Below are positions 10,308-21,928 of a stretch of 64,000 nt of DNA, piece after piece; position 1 is the stretch's first letter, and each line of letters opens with the position of its first letter. The stretch is taken from assembly GCA_963663165.1 (NCBI GenBank), contig OY760175.1, positions 3,200,001 to 3,264,000 of the forward strand. The letters are read 5' to 3'. The DNA is from an uncultured Desulfospira sp. (GTDB lineage: Bacteria > Desulfobacterota > Desulfobacteria > Desulfobacterales > Desulfobacteraceae). The notes below the pieces were generated by a model, which was not told the origin of the DNA, made no database searches, and saw only the letters and a list, made by a program, of their open reading frames with translations. A program made the position numbers and the translations under genes.

Positions 10308-11006
10308 CTATTTCCGATACATTGATTTGGGCCAATCCATAGAAGAACCGACCTTTATAATGAGAAGCCACTCTCTCAAATCGCAGCTTTGATTTAAATG
10401 GAGACGGGAAACCGGAACGAATAAACCCGGGGGAACCGCGATTTCGTCGGCAAACGCCTGGGTAACCGGGGAGCCGCCCACCATGATTTTAACCCCTTCC
10501 ACGCCACTGGATTTTATTTGCTGAACCGTGTTTTTCAAGGCCGGCATGGTTGTGGACAAAAGACCGGAACAGGCCACAAGGGTGACATTTTCATTGGACT
10601 TTACGGCCTCAATGAACTTTTCAGGCGAAATGTCCACCCCCAGGTCCACCATGTTGAATCCCACACTCTCCACCATCATGGCCACAAGGTTCTTGCCGAT
10701 ATCGTGCAGGTCCCCCTGGACCGTTCCGATAACGCATGTCCCAAGGGATGGCCCGGCATCATCCCCGGACATATGGGGTTTGAGCACATCAACCCCCTTG
10801 GCCATGGCCTTGGCGGCAATCAGCATTTCGGGCACAAAAATGGTTCCTGCGGAAAATTTATCGCCCACCACCCCCATGGCGTCCACCATGGCCTGAAGGA
10901 TGGCCGAGGCCGGATGGCCTTCATCAATGGCCTCCTGGACCAACCCGGCGATCAGCTTGGTTTTACCTTTTTCAACAAGTGCTTTTGCTTCTTCAATCTT
11001 TGACAT
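10308..11006 (-). pseudogene. Methyltransferase-cognate corrinoid protein (MtaC/MttC-like) with aberrant C-terminus
   Basis: IFVPEMLIAA cap, GDLHDIGKNLV B12-binding motif, GGSPVTQAFADEI; sequence after ~10440 no longer resembles the family. Confidence 0.75.
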
Positions 11007-11161
11007 GCGTTATATCCTTATTTCTCCAGCGCTTTAACGCCCATGATCTTTATCCGGATCGGGCCTTTCACGAATAATGACGTTACAAGGCCCGGTTTCT
11101 TTTAAATATTTAACGGCACACTGATTCCGGTTCCAAGGTGCCGGCAGACATGAATTTGAAT

Positions 11162-13088
11162 TTATGAAGCCCCAAGCAGCTGCGGCAAAAAGAGCGTAAT
11201 CTCCGGAATTAAAATCAGCAAAATGACTTGTATAATATCCGCAATCAGAAATGGAAGGATGCCCTTAAATATGGTGTGCATAGGGACATCATTTTTCACC
11301 ACCCCTTTGATGATGAATACGTTTATTCCGATTGGCGGTGTGATCATGCCGATTTCCACAATCCTTACCATAATGATTCCAAACCAGATCGGATTAAACC
11401 CCAGGGCCTGAACCAGCGGAAAAAATATCGGAACGGTCAGCAATACGATGGACAGAGAATCCATGACACACCCGAGTATCATATAGGCAACCAGGATGAG
11501 AATCAGGATTACATAGCGGTTTAACGGCAAGGCGGCAACAAACTCTGAAAGCTCGTACGGGATTTGGGATATGGTTAAAAAATAGCCCAGGAACATGGCG
11601 CCTAAAAAAACCGTCAAACACATTGAAGCGGTTTTGACCGAATCAAATAAACTGTCATAAAATTTCCGGATGGACAGTTTACCGCGGATAGCAATGAATA
11701 CCAAAACCCCGAATGCACCGATTCCACCGGCTTCCGTTGGTGTGAACGCCCCGGCATAAAGGCCGCCGATAACCAGAAAGAAAAGAACCAGAACCCCCCA
11801 GGTTTCCTTAACGGATACCATCCTGTCTTTAAAATTGGAGCGTTTGCCCGGAGGCCCTAATTCCGGCCTCATTTTGCACATGATCAAGATGGTAATAATA
11901 TAAAACAAGGCTTCCATGACACCCGGAATAAATCCGGCAATAAACAGTTCCGTGATGGGCTGGTTTGTCAATACACCGTATAAAATCAGAACAACACTTG
12001 GGGGGATTAAGATGCCAAGGCTTCCGCCCGCGGCAATACAGCCGGTTGAGAGCGCCGGGTCATACTTGTACCGTTTCATTTCAGGCAGCGCAACCATGCC
12101 CATGGTCGCAGCGGTTGCAAGGCTTGACCCGCTGATGGCGGCAAAACAGCCGCAAGCCCCGACAGTGGCAATGGCAAGTCCCCCGGGCAGATGGCCAAGA
12201 AACCGGTACACCAGCACGTATAAGTCTTTGCTCAAACCGGCCTTGAATGCAAATGCCCCCATCAGAATAAAGAGCGGCACCACCGTCATGGAATAGTTTG
12301 TCGTTGAATTAAACGGTACGGGTTGAAGAAGGGAAAAACCGGCTGCAGAACCCGCCAGATACATCATGCCGGCCGCACCGACCAATATCATGCAAAAACC
12401 AATGGGGACCCCCATGAATAAAAAGCATACCATGATAAGCATGCCCACAATCCCGCTGATAACCGGGGATGAAGATCCGCCGCCGGCCAGATGAAATGCG
12501 AGCAAGGCAATGACCACGGACAGAAAAACCCCACACGATATTAAAATATGACGCGATTCCCAGGAAGCCGTAACACATCGGTGGGCCGATTTTAAAGTGT
12601 CGCGTAAAAAGGTTATGGACAATACGCCGCATCCCGGGGCGAGTATCAGTATAAACGGCCATAACGGCAATTCCAGCAAAGAGGTTGTAAGCCCCCGGCC
12701 ATAAACTGTTGCGGTATGGTTAAATGCTTTCCAGGTGATTATGCCTGAGACCATAAGGCAAAGTCCGCCAGAGACTGCCTCGAAAAGAAGCCTTATATTT
12801 TCGGGTAAATACATCAGCAACAGCTCCACCCTGACATGTTCTTTTTCCAGGGCCGTATAGGCAATCCCCAGAAACGTAATCAGCATCAGGCCAAGTTCAG
12901 AGAGCTCTTGGGTTCCCTTTAATCGGTGAGTTGAAAAGGTAACGGCCGGCAACATCGGCCGCAGTCAGAAACATCAATAAGGCGAGAACACAAATACCCG
13001 CAATATAGAACCATTTTGCAATTTCATCGATATTGAATACTTTTTTAAAACTTGTACGAAAATTTTTAAAATCCAGTGGCATGTCCAT
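11162..13088 (-). pseudogene. TRAP transporter fused DctQ-DctM, one frameshift near 12915
   Basis: ADVAGRYLFNSPIKG continues as GTQELSE in another frame; DctM motifs SGSSLATAATMG, GGSLGILIPPS, FTPTEAG. Confidence 0.85.
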
Positions 13089-13383
13089 GCTGTCGCGCGT
13101 CCTAAAGTATATCCATCAAAATATTGGGTGTTTGAACGGCGCCATAGAGGGGCCTTCAGCTCACAAAGCCGCCCATCTGCCGGTTTGCAGGAAAAGCGGC
13201 CATCCCCACAGCCTCAAGGCTGCTTTGGCGGCCGGGTTTCCTGCACCTTGCATCCGGGCAACGTTTCGTCCAAACACGGGGGTTTCGTTCAGACACAGAT
13301 TGAAATCAATTATTCCGAATATTCGGCAATCATTTTCAAAAGGTCATCATAAACTACTTTGGCGGGCAGCCCTTTTTTTTCTA

Positions 13384-14099
13384 ATGAGTTTAAATAGGTT
13401 AAAGGCGGAAACCTATGTTTTTGTTTGCGGCGATTTTCCCATTCTGTCTGAGAAATTGCCGAACGGAACCATAGGGGGGATTGGCATTGAAATTGTCCAT
13501 ATTATCTGCGATCGCCTTGGCCATACCCCGTCCATTGGTTTTTATCCCTGGGCAAGGGCTCAGGAAATGGTCAAAAAGGGAAAGGCGGATGTTCTCATTG
13601 CGCCGTACATGACCCCGGAACGGAAAAAATGGCTGGATTTTTCAATCATTCCCTTTTATGAAGATGAGTCTGTTTTTTTGTGCGCCCCGACAGTGATATC
13701 ACATGGAACGGGGATCTGCTCTCCATTAAATTATACCGGATCGGCATGGTTCCAAAATGGAGTGTGGGAATTGATTTTGAGAAGGCAGCGCCTCATTTAT
13801 TGATTGACTACGCCCCTGGTCTTGACCTTTGTTTTCAAAAATTGATGATCGGCCGTGTGGATCTGGTTCCCACCTCGATCCGGGAGGCAAACGCTGTTTT
13901 TAAGCAGCTGGGCCTCAGTGCCCGGGAGCGGCCGGTTGCCATTGAACCGGTTCTGGCAACGCACTATAATTATTTTGGCTTTTCAAAATTGAATCGCAAT
14001 AAGCTCAAGGCATTTAAAACAGAATTTGAGACCATCTTACAACAGATGTACCGGGCCGGTGAAATCGAAAAGATACGGAAGGATATCCGTCTTCGTTAA
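13384..14099 (+). pseudogene. Family-3-type solute-binding protein, frameshift near 13675
   Basis: GIGIEIV, YPWARAQEMVKKGKAD, TPERKKWLDFS in one frame; LMIGRVDL, YFGFSK, GEIEKI in another; shift at a T run; start uncertain. Confidence 0.7.
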
Positions 14100-14130
14100 G
14101 AGATGCCTGTAAGGTGTAAAAGGATCATAC

Positions 14131-16368
14131 ATGCGCAAAAAAACAGACCAGGCAGCCCTTTTAAACCATATCGTAAAAAAACGCTCTATCTCAAACGCAC
14201 TGACGCGGCTGTTGATTTTAACGGTTATGGTGGTCTCGTTTACAACCGCCGGGATCATGTACTATTTTCTGTCCCAAAGAGAATATTCCCAGCTGGAGGA
14301 AAAGGCCCAAAGTTTTATCACCTCCATTGACGGCGTATTGGGAATTCCCCTGTGGAATCTTGACCGCAAGGCCATCATAAAAATCGGCCGGGCCTACGCC
14401 CATGATGAACTGTTCGAACAGCTTAAAATTGTGGACAACATGGGGACGGTCTGCTACGACTTTGAAAGGGACCGGAAAGCGCCGGTTATCCGAAAAAAGG
14501 CAGACATCTATCATAAAGGGCAGATTGTCGGGCATGTGCCATGGCCTATACCACTGAAAAGCTGGCCCATCGGAACCCGAATATCCTGATCTTCGGCCTG
14601 GCCATTCTCGGGTTGGTCATTTTTTCGCTGGCCTTTGTCACCGGCCTGTTTTTTAAACGCATTCTCAAAAAACTGTTCCTCCGGTTGAATGTGATCTCTG
14701 ACGCATATGCCACAGGGACTGAACTTGCGGTGGGGGAAGAACTGCCGTACCTGGAATTCCAGCCGTTGATCCGGATTCTAAAGGATATGCGTGACAAATT
14801 AAATGCCCAGTTCCGTGATACCCAGGCCGCAGAGAAAAAATACCGGAGCATTTTCGAAAATGCGGTGGAAGGGATCTACCGTTCCACACCGGACGGCAGT
14901 ACAATTGAAGTCAACCCGGCCCTGGCCCGGATTCTCGGCTATGATTCACCCCGGGACCTGATGCAGTCCGTCTCCAATATCGGCGAGCAATTTTATGTTG
15001 ATCCGGAAATCAGAAATGAATATATCCGGCTTACGCAAAAAAGCGGCATTGTTTCCAACTTTGAAGTCCAGCTCCGGGCAAAGGACGGCAGCACCGGCTG
15101 GCTGATCCTCAACTCCCGGCCGATTTTTAATAAAAAAGGAGAACTGGTACTCATCGAAGGCATGGCCAAAGACATCACACAGCAGAAAATGGCCGAGGAT
15201 GAAAGAAAGGACCTGGAAAAGCAGCTTTACCATTCCCAGAAACTTGAATCCGTGGGAAGGCTTGCCGGCGGCGTGGCCCATGATTTTAACAACATGTTAA
15301 GCATCATCCTTGGTTTTACGGAAATCAGCCTGGACGACCTGCCCCAGGACCTTCCGGTGTATGATAACCTCCTTGAGATCAAGTCGGCCGCCCAACGATC
15401 CGCCGATCTTACCCGGCAACTCCTCGCCTTTGCCAGTAAGCAGACCGCTTCACCCAAAATTTTGAATTTAAACGAAATCGTATCCGGTATGCTCAAGATG
15501 CTCAAACGCCTGCTCGGAGAAGACATCAGCCTTGATTTTTTCCCGGGGACTCACCTTGGAACGGTGAACATGGACCCGTCTCAGATAGACCAGATACTGG
15601 CAAACCTGTGCATCAACGCCCGGGACGCCATCACCGGTACCGGCCGGGCCCGGTGCCATATCCATTAAAACCGAATCCATCTTTCTTGACGAGGCATACT
15701 GCCGGCATCATCCCAAAATTGCCCCGGGTCCTTACGTCATGCTGTCCGTCACCGACAATGGGTGCGGTATGGATGAATCCGTCAAAAAAGATATATTTGA
15801 GCCTTTTTTTACAACCAAGGAAAGAAAAAAAGGAACCGGCCTTGGGCTTTCAACGGTTTACGGTATCGTCAGGCAATACAAAGGAAACATTGAAGTTGAC
15901 AGTGAACCGGGCCATGGAACAACCTTCAGGCTCTATTTTCCCGTCTACCAGGGATCAGCGCCGGAAAAATCCGACCATACCGCAGAGAACTTAACCGTCC
16001 AGGCCAAAGAAACGATCCTTCTCGTGGAAGATGAACATCCGTTGCTGGCCATGGCCCAGCAAATGCTTAAGCGTTTGGGCTACCATGTGTTAACGGCGGA
16101 TTCTCCCAAAAAAGCCATTGATATTTCAAGGAATCATCCGGAAAAGATCCATCTTTTGATGACGGATGTGATCATGCCGGGAATGACCGGCCGGGATCTG
16201 GCCGACCGGTTGTCCGGGGAGCGGCCGGGCATCCGCTGCCTCTATGTTTCCGGCTATACCAGCGACGTTATCGCCCCCCAGGGGGTTTTGGAAAATGATG
16301 TCCACTTTATGCAAAAGCCCTTTACCATAAAGGTGCTGGCAACAAAGCTTCGCGAAGTTCTGTCATAA
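14131..16368 (+). pseudogene. Membrane PAS hybrid sensor histidine kinase/receiver, split over three frames
   Basis: KYRSIFENAVEGIY PAS, LAGGVAHDFNN H-box, NLCINARDA, DNGCGM, GTGLGLS, receiver LMTDVIMP; breaks near 14540 and 15645. Confidence 0.85.
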
Positions 16369-16461
16369 CAGAATGTGGCAAATTTCGAATTTTGCCCAGT
16401 CGGTACTGATTTAAAAAGCTTACGGCCGCTGAAAGCAGTATCTTGCCGATACGTTACCCGT

Positions 16462-17208
16462 TTAAATCCCGATGGGATCTCCGGCCGCGAACCGGGGCTC
16501 ATGCAGGGGGATCAGGATGTCGGCCTCATCCTTGATCTCTTTCATGATGTCATAGGCCGAATAGACATCCACATGGGTGCCCGGCGGAATCAGCTCCATT
16601 TCCATGCCCCTGATTTCCGCCGGGGGGTTGTAGTTTTCTTCAATAATGCAGAATCCCGTGATGGCGGCCCGGCCTTTGGGGGTGTCAATGAACACGGTCA
16701 ACCCGCCTCTGGTATGGACCGGGGTATGTTTGACATGGATGCCCTCAACAATGGGGCCGTCCATGCTGACCACCCGGATCTGGCCGTTTTCTTCAACATC
16801 TTCGATGTAATCTTCTAAGTACCGGTAATCCAGAGGATGGGGGTTGTGAATGGATTCAAGCTCCTGCTCATGAATGTAAAACAGGGCGTTTTCACATTTA
16901 TAATCGTTTTCACAATGGTCATTGTGCAGATGGGTATGAATGACGATGTCAATATCTTCCGGGGCGAGCCCGTGTTGTTCAAGGCCCTGCTCAAAGGTGT
17001 AGATTTTTCCCCCGATGGCCTTTTCCCGCTCCGGGGACTGGATGGGGTTCATTTCTCCTGTATCCACTAAAATGTTCTTTTCCCCGCCTTTGATCACCCA
17101 GGTGAAAATAGGGATGGTATAGGTCTGCCCCTGGCCGTACTGGTAGGTCATCATACTCTTGTCAAATACTTTGGTTCCCATGGCAACGGGATGGATGGTG
17201 TAGTTCAT
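16462..17208 (-). CDS. N-acyl homoserine lactonase-like metallo-beta-lactamase fold hydrolase
   Basis: LVDTG, THLHNDH, TPVHTRG, IPLHE motifs. Confidence 0.8.
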   Translation of the reverse strand: MNYTIHPVAMGTKVFDKSMMTYQYGQGQTYTIPIFTWVIKGGEKNILVDTGEMNPIQSPEREKAIGGKIYTFEQGLEQHGLAPEDIDIVIHTHLHNDHCENDYKCENALFYIHEQELESIHNPHPLDYRYLEDYIEDVEENGQIRVVSMDGPIVEGIHVKHTPVHTRGGLTVFIDTPKGRAAITGFCIIEENYNPPAEIRGMEMELIPPGTHVDVYSAYDIMKEIKDEADILIPLHEPRFAAGDPIGI

Positions 17209-17220
17209 GATTTTCCTTGA

Positions 17221-17766
17221 TTATATGTCAGTTGTGCACATGGACGTCAGTTTGGCCTTAAGGTCTTCCGGCACAGTGGTGAACCCCTCTAAAACAGACC
17301 AGAGGATTTCCCGGACAATGGCGGTTTTGGGCCGGCCGGAAAGCATCTGCACATCCAGGGTTTTAAGGTCGATAACGATATTTTCAAAATTGGAATATGG
17401 CAGGTCCGCCTTTGGCAGCGCCTCCCGGATCTCCTGGACAACACTTTCCAGAACAGTCTTATCAGAATCGTTTAGCACCGGGCCCGGGCCAAGGGCGGCC
17501 GGGGGCTGATCCGGCTGATATCCGGGGGCCGGTTTCACGTCAAGAACCCTTAAGCCCTGATCCGTAATGCCGATGCCGCCGGCAAGGGTTTTAAGCTCGG
17601 CATATTCCTGAAGGAAAAGGGACTGGGCGGTCATGTCAATCTGGTCCTTTTCCATGCCAAGGGCTTGACCAACCTCATACATGGACACCTGGACAGTGGG
17701 ATCTGATTCCGCCTGAGTGCAGAGTTCAGTCAAAAAAACTTTTTCTTCCGGTGATTGGAATGCCAT
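17221..17766 (-). CDS. Hypothetical protein (possible winged-helix N-terminus)
   Basis: 181-codon ORF from MAFQSPEE, collinear with its neighbours. Confidence 0.6.
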   Translation of the reverse strand: MAFQSPEEKVFLTELCTQAESDPTVQVSMYEVGQALGMEKDQIDMTAQSLFLQEYAELKTLAGGIGITDQGLRVLDVKPAPGYQPDQPPAALGPGPVLNDSDKTVLESVVQEIREALPKADLPYSNFENIVIDLKTLDVQMLSGRPKTAIVREILWSVLEGFTTVPEDLKAKLTSMCTTDI

Positions 17767-17798
17767 AGGATATATCCTTTTTTTTAAGCTTTTTAAAT

Positions 17799-18140
17799 TC
17801 AATTCCCGCAATAAAGATCCATATAATTAAAAAAGCTGTCTTCATACCCTCTTTTGAACCCATTGACGTATGATGGCGACTTGTCCGGCCCCATGACCTG
17901 AAGATGCCGGTCCCGGTTTCTCATCATTTCAAGTTGGTAGCCGGCATGGCCTGCGCCAAGGCTCCGAACGCTGATACAGATAGTGTTCATGGCATCCTGT
18001 TTGGCCAGTTCGTCGGCATAATCGCTGCCGGATCGGTATTCTTCAGGATCCATCCCGGCACTTGAGTAGATGCACCCTGGGGCTGTTATCATAAACCACA
18101 GGGCAAAAAAAACCGATAAGGTCTTTAAAGACATTTTCAT
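17799..18140 (-). CDS. Hypothetical putative lipoprotein
   Basis: Signal peptide ending APG-C; RBS upstream. Confidence 0.6.
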   Translation of the reverse strand: MKMSLKTLSVFFALWFMITAPGCIYSSAGMDPEEYRSGSDYADELAKQDAMNTICISVRSLGAGHAGYQLEMMRNRDRHLQVMGPDKSPSYVNGFKRGYEDSFFNYMDLYCGN

Positions 18141-18232
18141 TTCCGGATCTCCTTTACTGTTTGGGCTGCCGTTATTGGGGCATGCTTTTTAGGATAACCA
18201 TTTTTCTTTAAATGACAAACTCCGGTTAAAAT

Positions 18233-18268
18233 AAAAAAGGGGGCCGAAAATCAACATCGGCCCCCTTT
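18233..18268 (-). terminator. Rho-independent terminator after the ABC operon
   Basis: aaaggggg ccga ... tcggcccccttt stem with an A/T tail. Confidence 0.6.
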
Positions 18269-18297
18269 GGGGAAACACGCCGTCCCCAACAAAATTT

Positions 18298-18328
18298 GTA
18301 ACTATTCAAGCTAATGCTGAACAGTTAC
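18298..18328. repeat. Minimal GTAACT..AGTTAC inverted-repeat element
   Basis: gtaactattcaagctaatgctgaacagttac; near-identical partial copy at 39831-39857. Confidence 0.6.
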
Positions 18329-18335
18329 CCCAATT

Positions 18336-19067
18336 TTACAGAATCTGCTTGAGAAAAAGCTTGGTCCGGGCATGGCTCGGGGCGGTAAAGAAATGCTCCG
18401 GGGTCCCTTCCTCAATAATCTGGCCCTGGTCCATGAAAATCACCCGGTCGGCCACCTCCCGGGCAAATCCCATTTCATGGGTCACGCAGACCATGGTCAT
18501 TCCCTCTTTGGCCAGGGTTTTCATCACATCGAGAACCTCGCCGATCATCTCGGGGTCCAGGGCCGATGTGGGCTCGTCAAAGAGCATGATCTTGGGATCC
18601 ATGGCCAGGGCCCTGGCAATGGCCACCCGCTGCTGCTGTCCCCCGGACAGATTGGCGGGCCAGGCATGGGCCTTGTTGGCAATGCCGACTTTTTCCAGCA
18701 GGGTCATGGCTTTTTCCTCACGCTCCTTTTTCCCCCTTTTTCTGACCAGTTTCTGGGCCAGGGTGACATTGCCCAGGATGGTCTGATGGGGAAACAGGTT
18801 AAAGGACTGAAATACCATGCCCATTTCCCTGCGCAGTTTGTTGATATTGGTTTTGGGGTCAAACAGGTCCACTCCGTCCACCAGGATCTGTCCGCGGTCC
18901 GCGGTTTCCAGGCGGTTGAGGCAGCGCAGAAAGGTTGATTTTCCGGAGCCGGACGGCCCGATCACCACAACGACTTCCCCTGCGTCAATAAAGTTGGAGA
19001 CATTATCCAGGGCCTTGACCTCATGGGGAACAAAAAAAGTTTTATAAAGATTTTTGATTTCAATCAT
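18336..19067 (-). CDS. Polar amino acid ABC transporter ATP-binding protein (GlnQ-like)
   Basis: [37 protein letters not shown]. Confidence 0.95.
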   Translation of the reverse strand: MIEIKNLYKTFFVPHEVKALDNVSNFIDAGEVVVVIGPSGSGKSTFLRCLNRLETADRGQILVDGVDLFDPKTNINKLRREMGMVFQSFNLFPHQTILGNVTLAQKLVRKRGKKEREEKAMTLLEKVGIANKAHAWPANLSGGQQQRVAIARALAMDPKIMLFDEPTSALDPEMIGEVLDVMKTLAKEGMTMVCVTHEMGFAREVADRVIFMDQGQIIEEGTPEHFFTAPSHARTKLFLKQIL

Positions 19068-20080
19068 TTTGAGGCGGTCCTCCTTTCCAGGTACTGTACA
19101 AACATGGACAGGGTAAATGTCATGCTCAAATAAAGCACCGCACACAAAAACCAGAGTTCAAAGGTTTGAAGACTGGTGGTGATCCCTTCACGGGTGGCTT
19201 TGGTCAGTTCGGTTACCGATATCATGCCCAGAAGGGATGAGTCCTTGATCAGATTGATAAACTGGCCGGCAAGGGGGGGCAGGATGGTTTTCAAGGCCTG
19301 GGGCAGGATAATGTGAAACATGGTCTGAAAATAGGTCATCCCCTGGGAGCGCGCGGCCTCAATCTGCCCGGGATGGATGGCTTCAATGCCGGCCCGAACG
19401 ATCTCGATCACATAGGCCCCGGTAAATACGGACAAGGCCATGATGCCATACCATTCCGGCGGAATGATGGGCAGCCCGTGCATGCCTAGAATTCCGTTGA
19501 TGGTGGTGCCCAGAACAAAGTAAAAAATCATGATCTGAACCAGCAGGGGCGATCCCCTGATAATTTCCACATAGGTAATGGCAGACCACTTGAGGACCGG
19601 GGTGTCCGATACCCGGGCCACCCCGCCGATGATGCCGAGCAGCACCCCGAAGATGGTGGACATAAAAGAGATCTTGAGGGTAATCCACAGCCCCTTGAGC
19701 AGAATGCCCGGCTTCCAGCCCCCCTTGTATTCGGCAATAATATCGCCAGGAGAGACCATGTCCCCTTCAACCCAGTCAAAAGAGCCCTTGGGAACGGTGT
19801 AAGTGGTGGTATCCCCGTCCACTTCCACAGCAAGGGCGACTTGATCCCCCTTTTCGGTGATGGATGCAATTTCACCGTCTCCTTCGGCGTAAATGGTGAC
19901 CATGGGATGGTATATGAAATACCGGGGCACCATGAACCAGCGCCATTTGTATTCCACGGCCGCCGTTGCGCCGTATATGGCACCGATGACAAGCCCCATC
20001 ACAATCAAAAACCCGACAATGGAGACCGTGTACGCTGCGGGATTGCTCAGTCGTTTAATATTGGATACATTCTTTTCCAT
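19064..20080 (-). CDS. Polar amino acid ABC transporter permease
   Basis: [38 protein letters not shown]. Confidence 0.93.
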   Translation of the reverse strand: MEKNVSNIKRLSNPAAYTVSIVGFLIVMGLVIGAIYGATAAVEYKWRWFMVPRYFIYHPMVTIYAEGDGEIASITEKGDQVALAVEVDGDTTTYTVPKGSFDWVEGDMVSPGDIIAEYKGGWKPGILLKGLWITLKISFMSTIFGVLLGIIGGVARVSDTPVLKWSAITYVEIIRGSPLLVQIMIFYFVLGTTINGILGMHGLPIIPPEWYGIMALSVFTGAYVIEIVRAGIEAIHPGQIEAARSQGMTYFQTMFHIILPQALKTILPPLAGQFINLIKDSSLLGMISVTELTKATREGITTSLQTFELWFLCAVLYLSMTFTLSMFVQYLERRTASK

Positions 20081-20142
20081 ACAAAAATAACCTTTAAAAA
20101 AAGCCGGCAGTCTTCTGACTGCCAGCTTTATTCTCTATCGTG

Positions 20143-20263
20143 TTTGGACAAAAAGTTATCCAGATGCAAGGCCCGGAAAAAACGGCAACCGGAGCAACCT
20201 TCAGGGGTGTGAGAATTGCCGTTTTTTTCTAAAACGCAGCAGATGGACGGCTTTTCGTTCAAA
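20143..20263. repeat. Intergenic MITE/REP-like palindromic element
   Basis: tttggacaaaaag...cagatgcaagg...aaaacggcaa/ttgccgtttt...gcagcagatgg...cttttcgttcaaa, nested inverted repeats. Confidence 0.55.
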
Positions 20264-20269
20264 TGCTAT

Positions 20270-21091
20270 TTACTTTGCCAGCTCTTTCTGCCAGTCGTTG
20301 GACTTAATCCATTTGTCATAAGATTTCTGCCATCTGCCGTCGTTCTTGTACTGGCGGATGAAGTTGTTCAAAAAGTTGACAAAATCCGGGTCCCCTTTTT
20401 TCAGGCCAATGGCCAGAGGCTCAAAGGTAAAGGGTTGGTTTAAGGCATAGGTTTTGCCTTCGCCGTGGGCGGCCTGGAAGAACTCAACCAGGGGAAGGTC
20501 ATAGACAAAGGCATCAGCATTGCCCTGAATCACCTCCATGGCCCCTTCGGATTCCACCTCAAATGACTTGTAGGTGGCCTTTGGGATGTATTTTTTGACC
20601 GCCTGCTCACCGGTGGTGCCCAGTTTTGAACAGACCACATATTTGGGATCATTCAGGTCCTTATAAGAGTTGATGCTCCCCTTGTGTTTGTTGTTCACGA
20701 TAATGGCCTGACCTACAATTATATAGGGATCTGAAAAGCAGATTTTAAGGTTTCTCTCCTGGGTAACGGTCATGCCGCCGATGATGACATCAATTTTATC
20801 GGTGACCAGAGAGGGGATAATGCCGTCCCATGCAGTGTTTACCGGTTCAAACTCAACGCCCATGGCCTTGGCAAGGTGCTTGGCCATGTCAATGTCGAAT
20901 CCCATGTAGTTGCCTTTGGTGTTGGTCATTTCAAAGGGCAGGTAACCGGATTCAAACCCCACCCGAATTTTTCCGGCTTTAAGGATGGATTCAATGTGGG
21001 ATTTATTGGCCAGTTCAATATCGGCACAGAACCCGGGGGCGGATACCAGCACAAAGGCCAGTACAAATAAGGATACAGCAATCTTTTTCAT
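20270..21091 (-). CDS. Polar amino acid ABC transporter substrate-binding protein
   Basis: Signal peptide, YLPFEM, GFDIDMA, WDGIIPSL, GMTVTQER. Confidence 0.93.
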   Translation of the reverse strand: MKKIAVSLFVLAFVLVSAPGFCADIELANKSHIESILKAGKIRVGFESGYLPFEMTNTKGNYMGFDIDMAKHLAKAMGVEFEPVNTAWDGIIPSLVTDKIDVIIGGMTVTQERNLKICFSDPYIIVGQAIIVNNKHKGSINSYKDLNDPKYVVCSKLGTTGEQAVKKYIPKATYKSFEVESEGAMEVIQGNADAFVYDLPLVEFFQAAHGEGKTYALNQPFTFEPLAIGLKKGDPDFVNFLNNFIRQYKNDGRWQKSYDKWIKSNDWQKELAK

Positions 21092-21216
21092 CTCTTTTCC
21101 TCCTATGAAATTTTTTATGTCTGAACAAAAACCGTTCATGAGTAGGTTTAATACTTAGCATAATATTTTTAAATGGCAAGGAATATTTTCCAGCCATGTA
21201 AGGCCTTGCCGTGGGC

Positions 21217-21246
21217 TTGACTTGCCTTAAATTTCCGTCGTATGAT
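21217..21246 (+). promoter_or_regulatory. Putative sigma70 promoter
   Basis: TTGACT-N18-TATGAT upstream of the metallophosphoesterase. Confidence 0.5.
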
Positions 21247-21289
21247 TTAATTTTTTCAAACCGCTTAAAAAAATAAAGGCCCCATAAGG

Positions 21290-21928
21290 TTGATAAAGCG
21301 CCTTTCCCCCAAAAAACGCAGCCATTCCAAATTGAAGATTCTGGCCGTTTCCGACTGGGAAGACACTGATCTTGCCCGGCAGGTGACGGACAAAACCCTG
21401 GGACCGGTGGACCTGATCATCTCCTGCGGGGACCTGCCCCCGGAATACCTTTCGTTTTTAAGGGACCGCCTGGACGCCCCGCTGTTCTATGTCAAGGGGA
21501 ACCATGACCTAAGGTACACCCGCACCAACCCTTTGGGCTGCCGGAATATTCATGCCCGGGTGGTGACCGTCAACCGGTTGAATATCCTGGGACTTGAAGG
21601 GTCCATGTGGTATAACGGCGGGGCCAATCAGTACACGGAAACCATGATGAGGCGGACCATCTCCCGGCTGTGGTTCAACATCCTGATAAAGGGCCGCATT
21701 CATATGGTGGTCACCCATGCCCCTCCGCGGCACATCCATGACCGGGAAGATCCCTGTCATATGGGGTTTGAATGCTTTAACACCCTTATCCTGAAACAAC
21801 GGCCCCTCTATTTTTTTCACGGCCATGTTCACCAGGCGTTTGAGACCATGGAAGACCGGATCACCCGGGTGAGCGGCACCCGGGTGATCAATACCTGCGG
21901 ATTTACCATTATGGAAATTAAGCCATGA
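21290..21928 (+). CDS. Calcineurin-like metallophosphoesterase
   Basis: AVSD, SCGDL, KGNHD, THAPP, HGHVH motifs. Confidence 0.88.
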   Translation: MIKRLSPKKRSHSKLKILAVSDWEDTDLARQVTDKTLGPVDLIISCGDLPPEYLSFLRDRLDAPLFYVKGNHDLRYTRTNPLGCRNIHARVVTVNRLNILGLEGSMWYNGGANQYTETMMRRTISRLWFNILIKGRIHMVVTHAPPRHIHDREDPCHMGFECFNTLILKQRPLYFFHGHVHQAFETMEDRITRVSGTRVINTCGFTIMEIKP

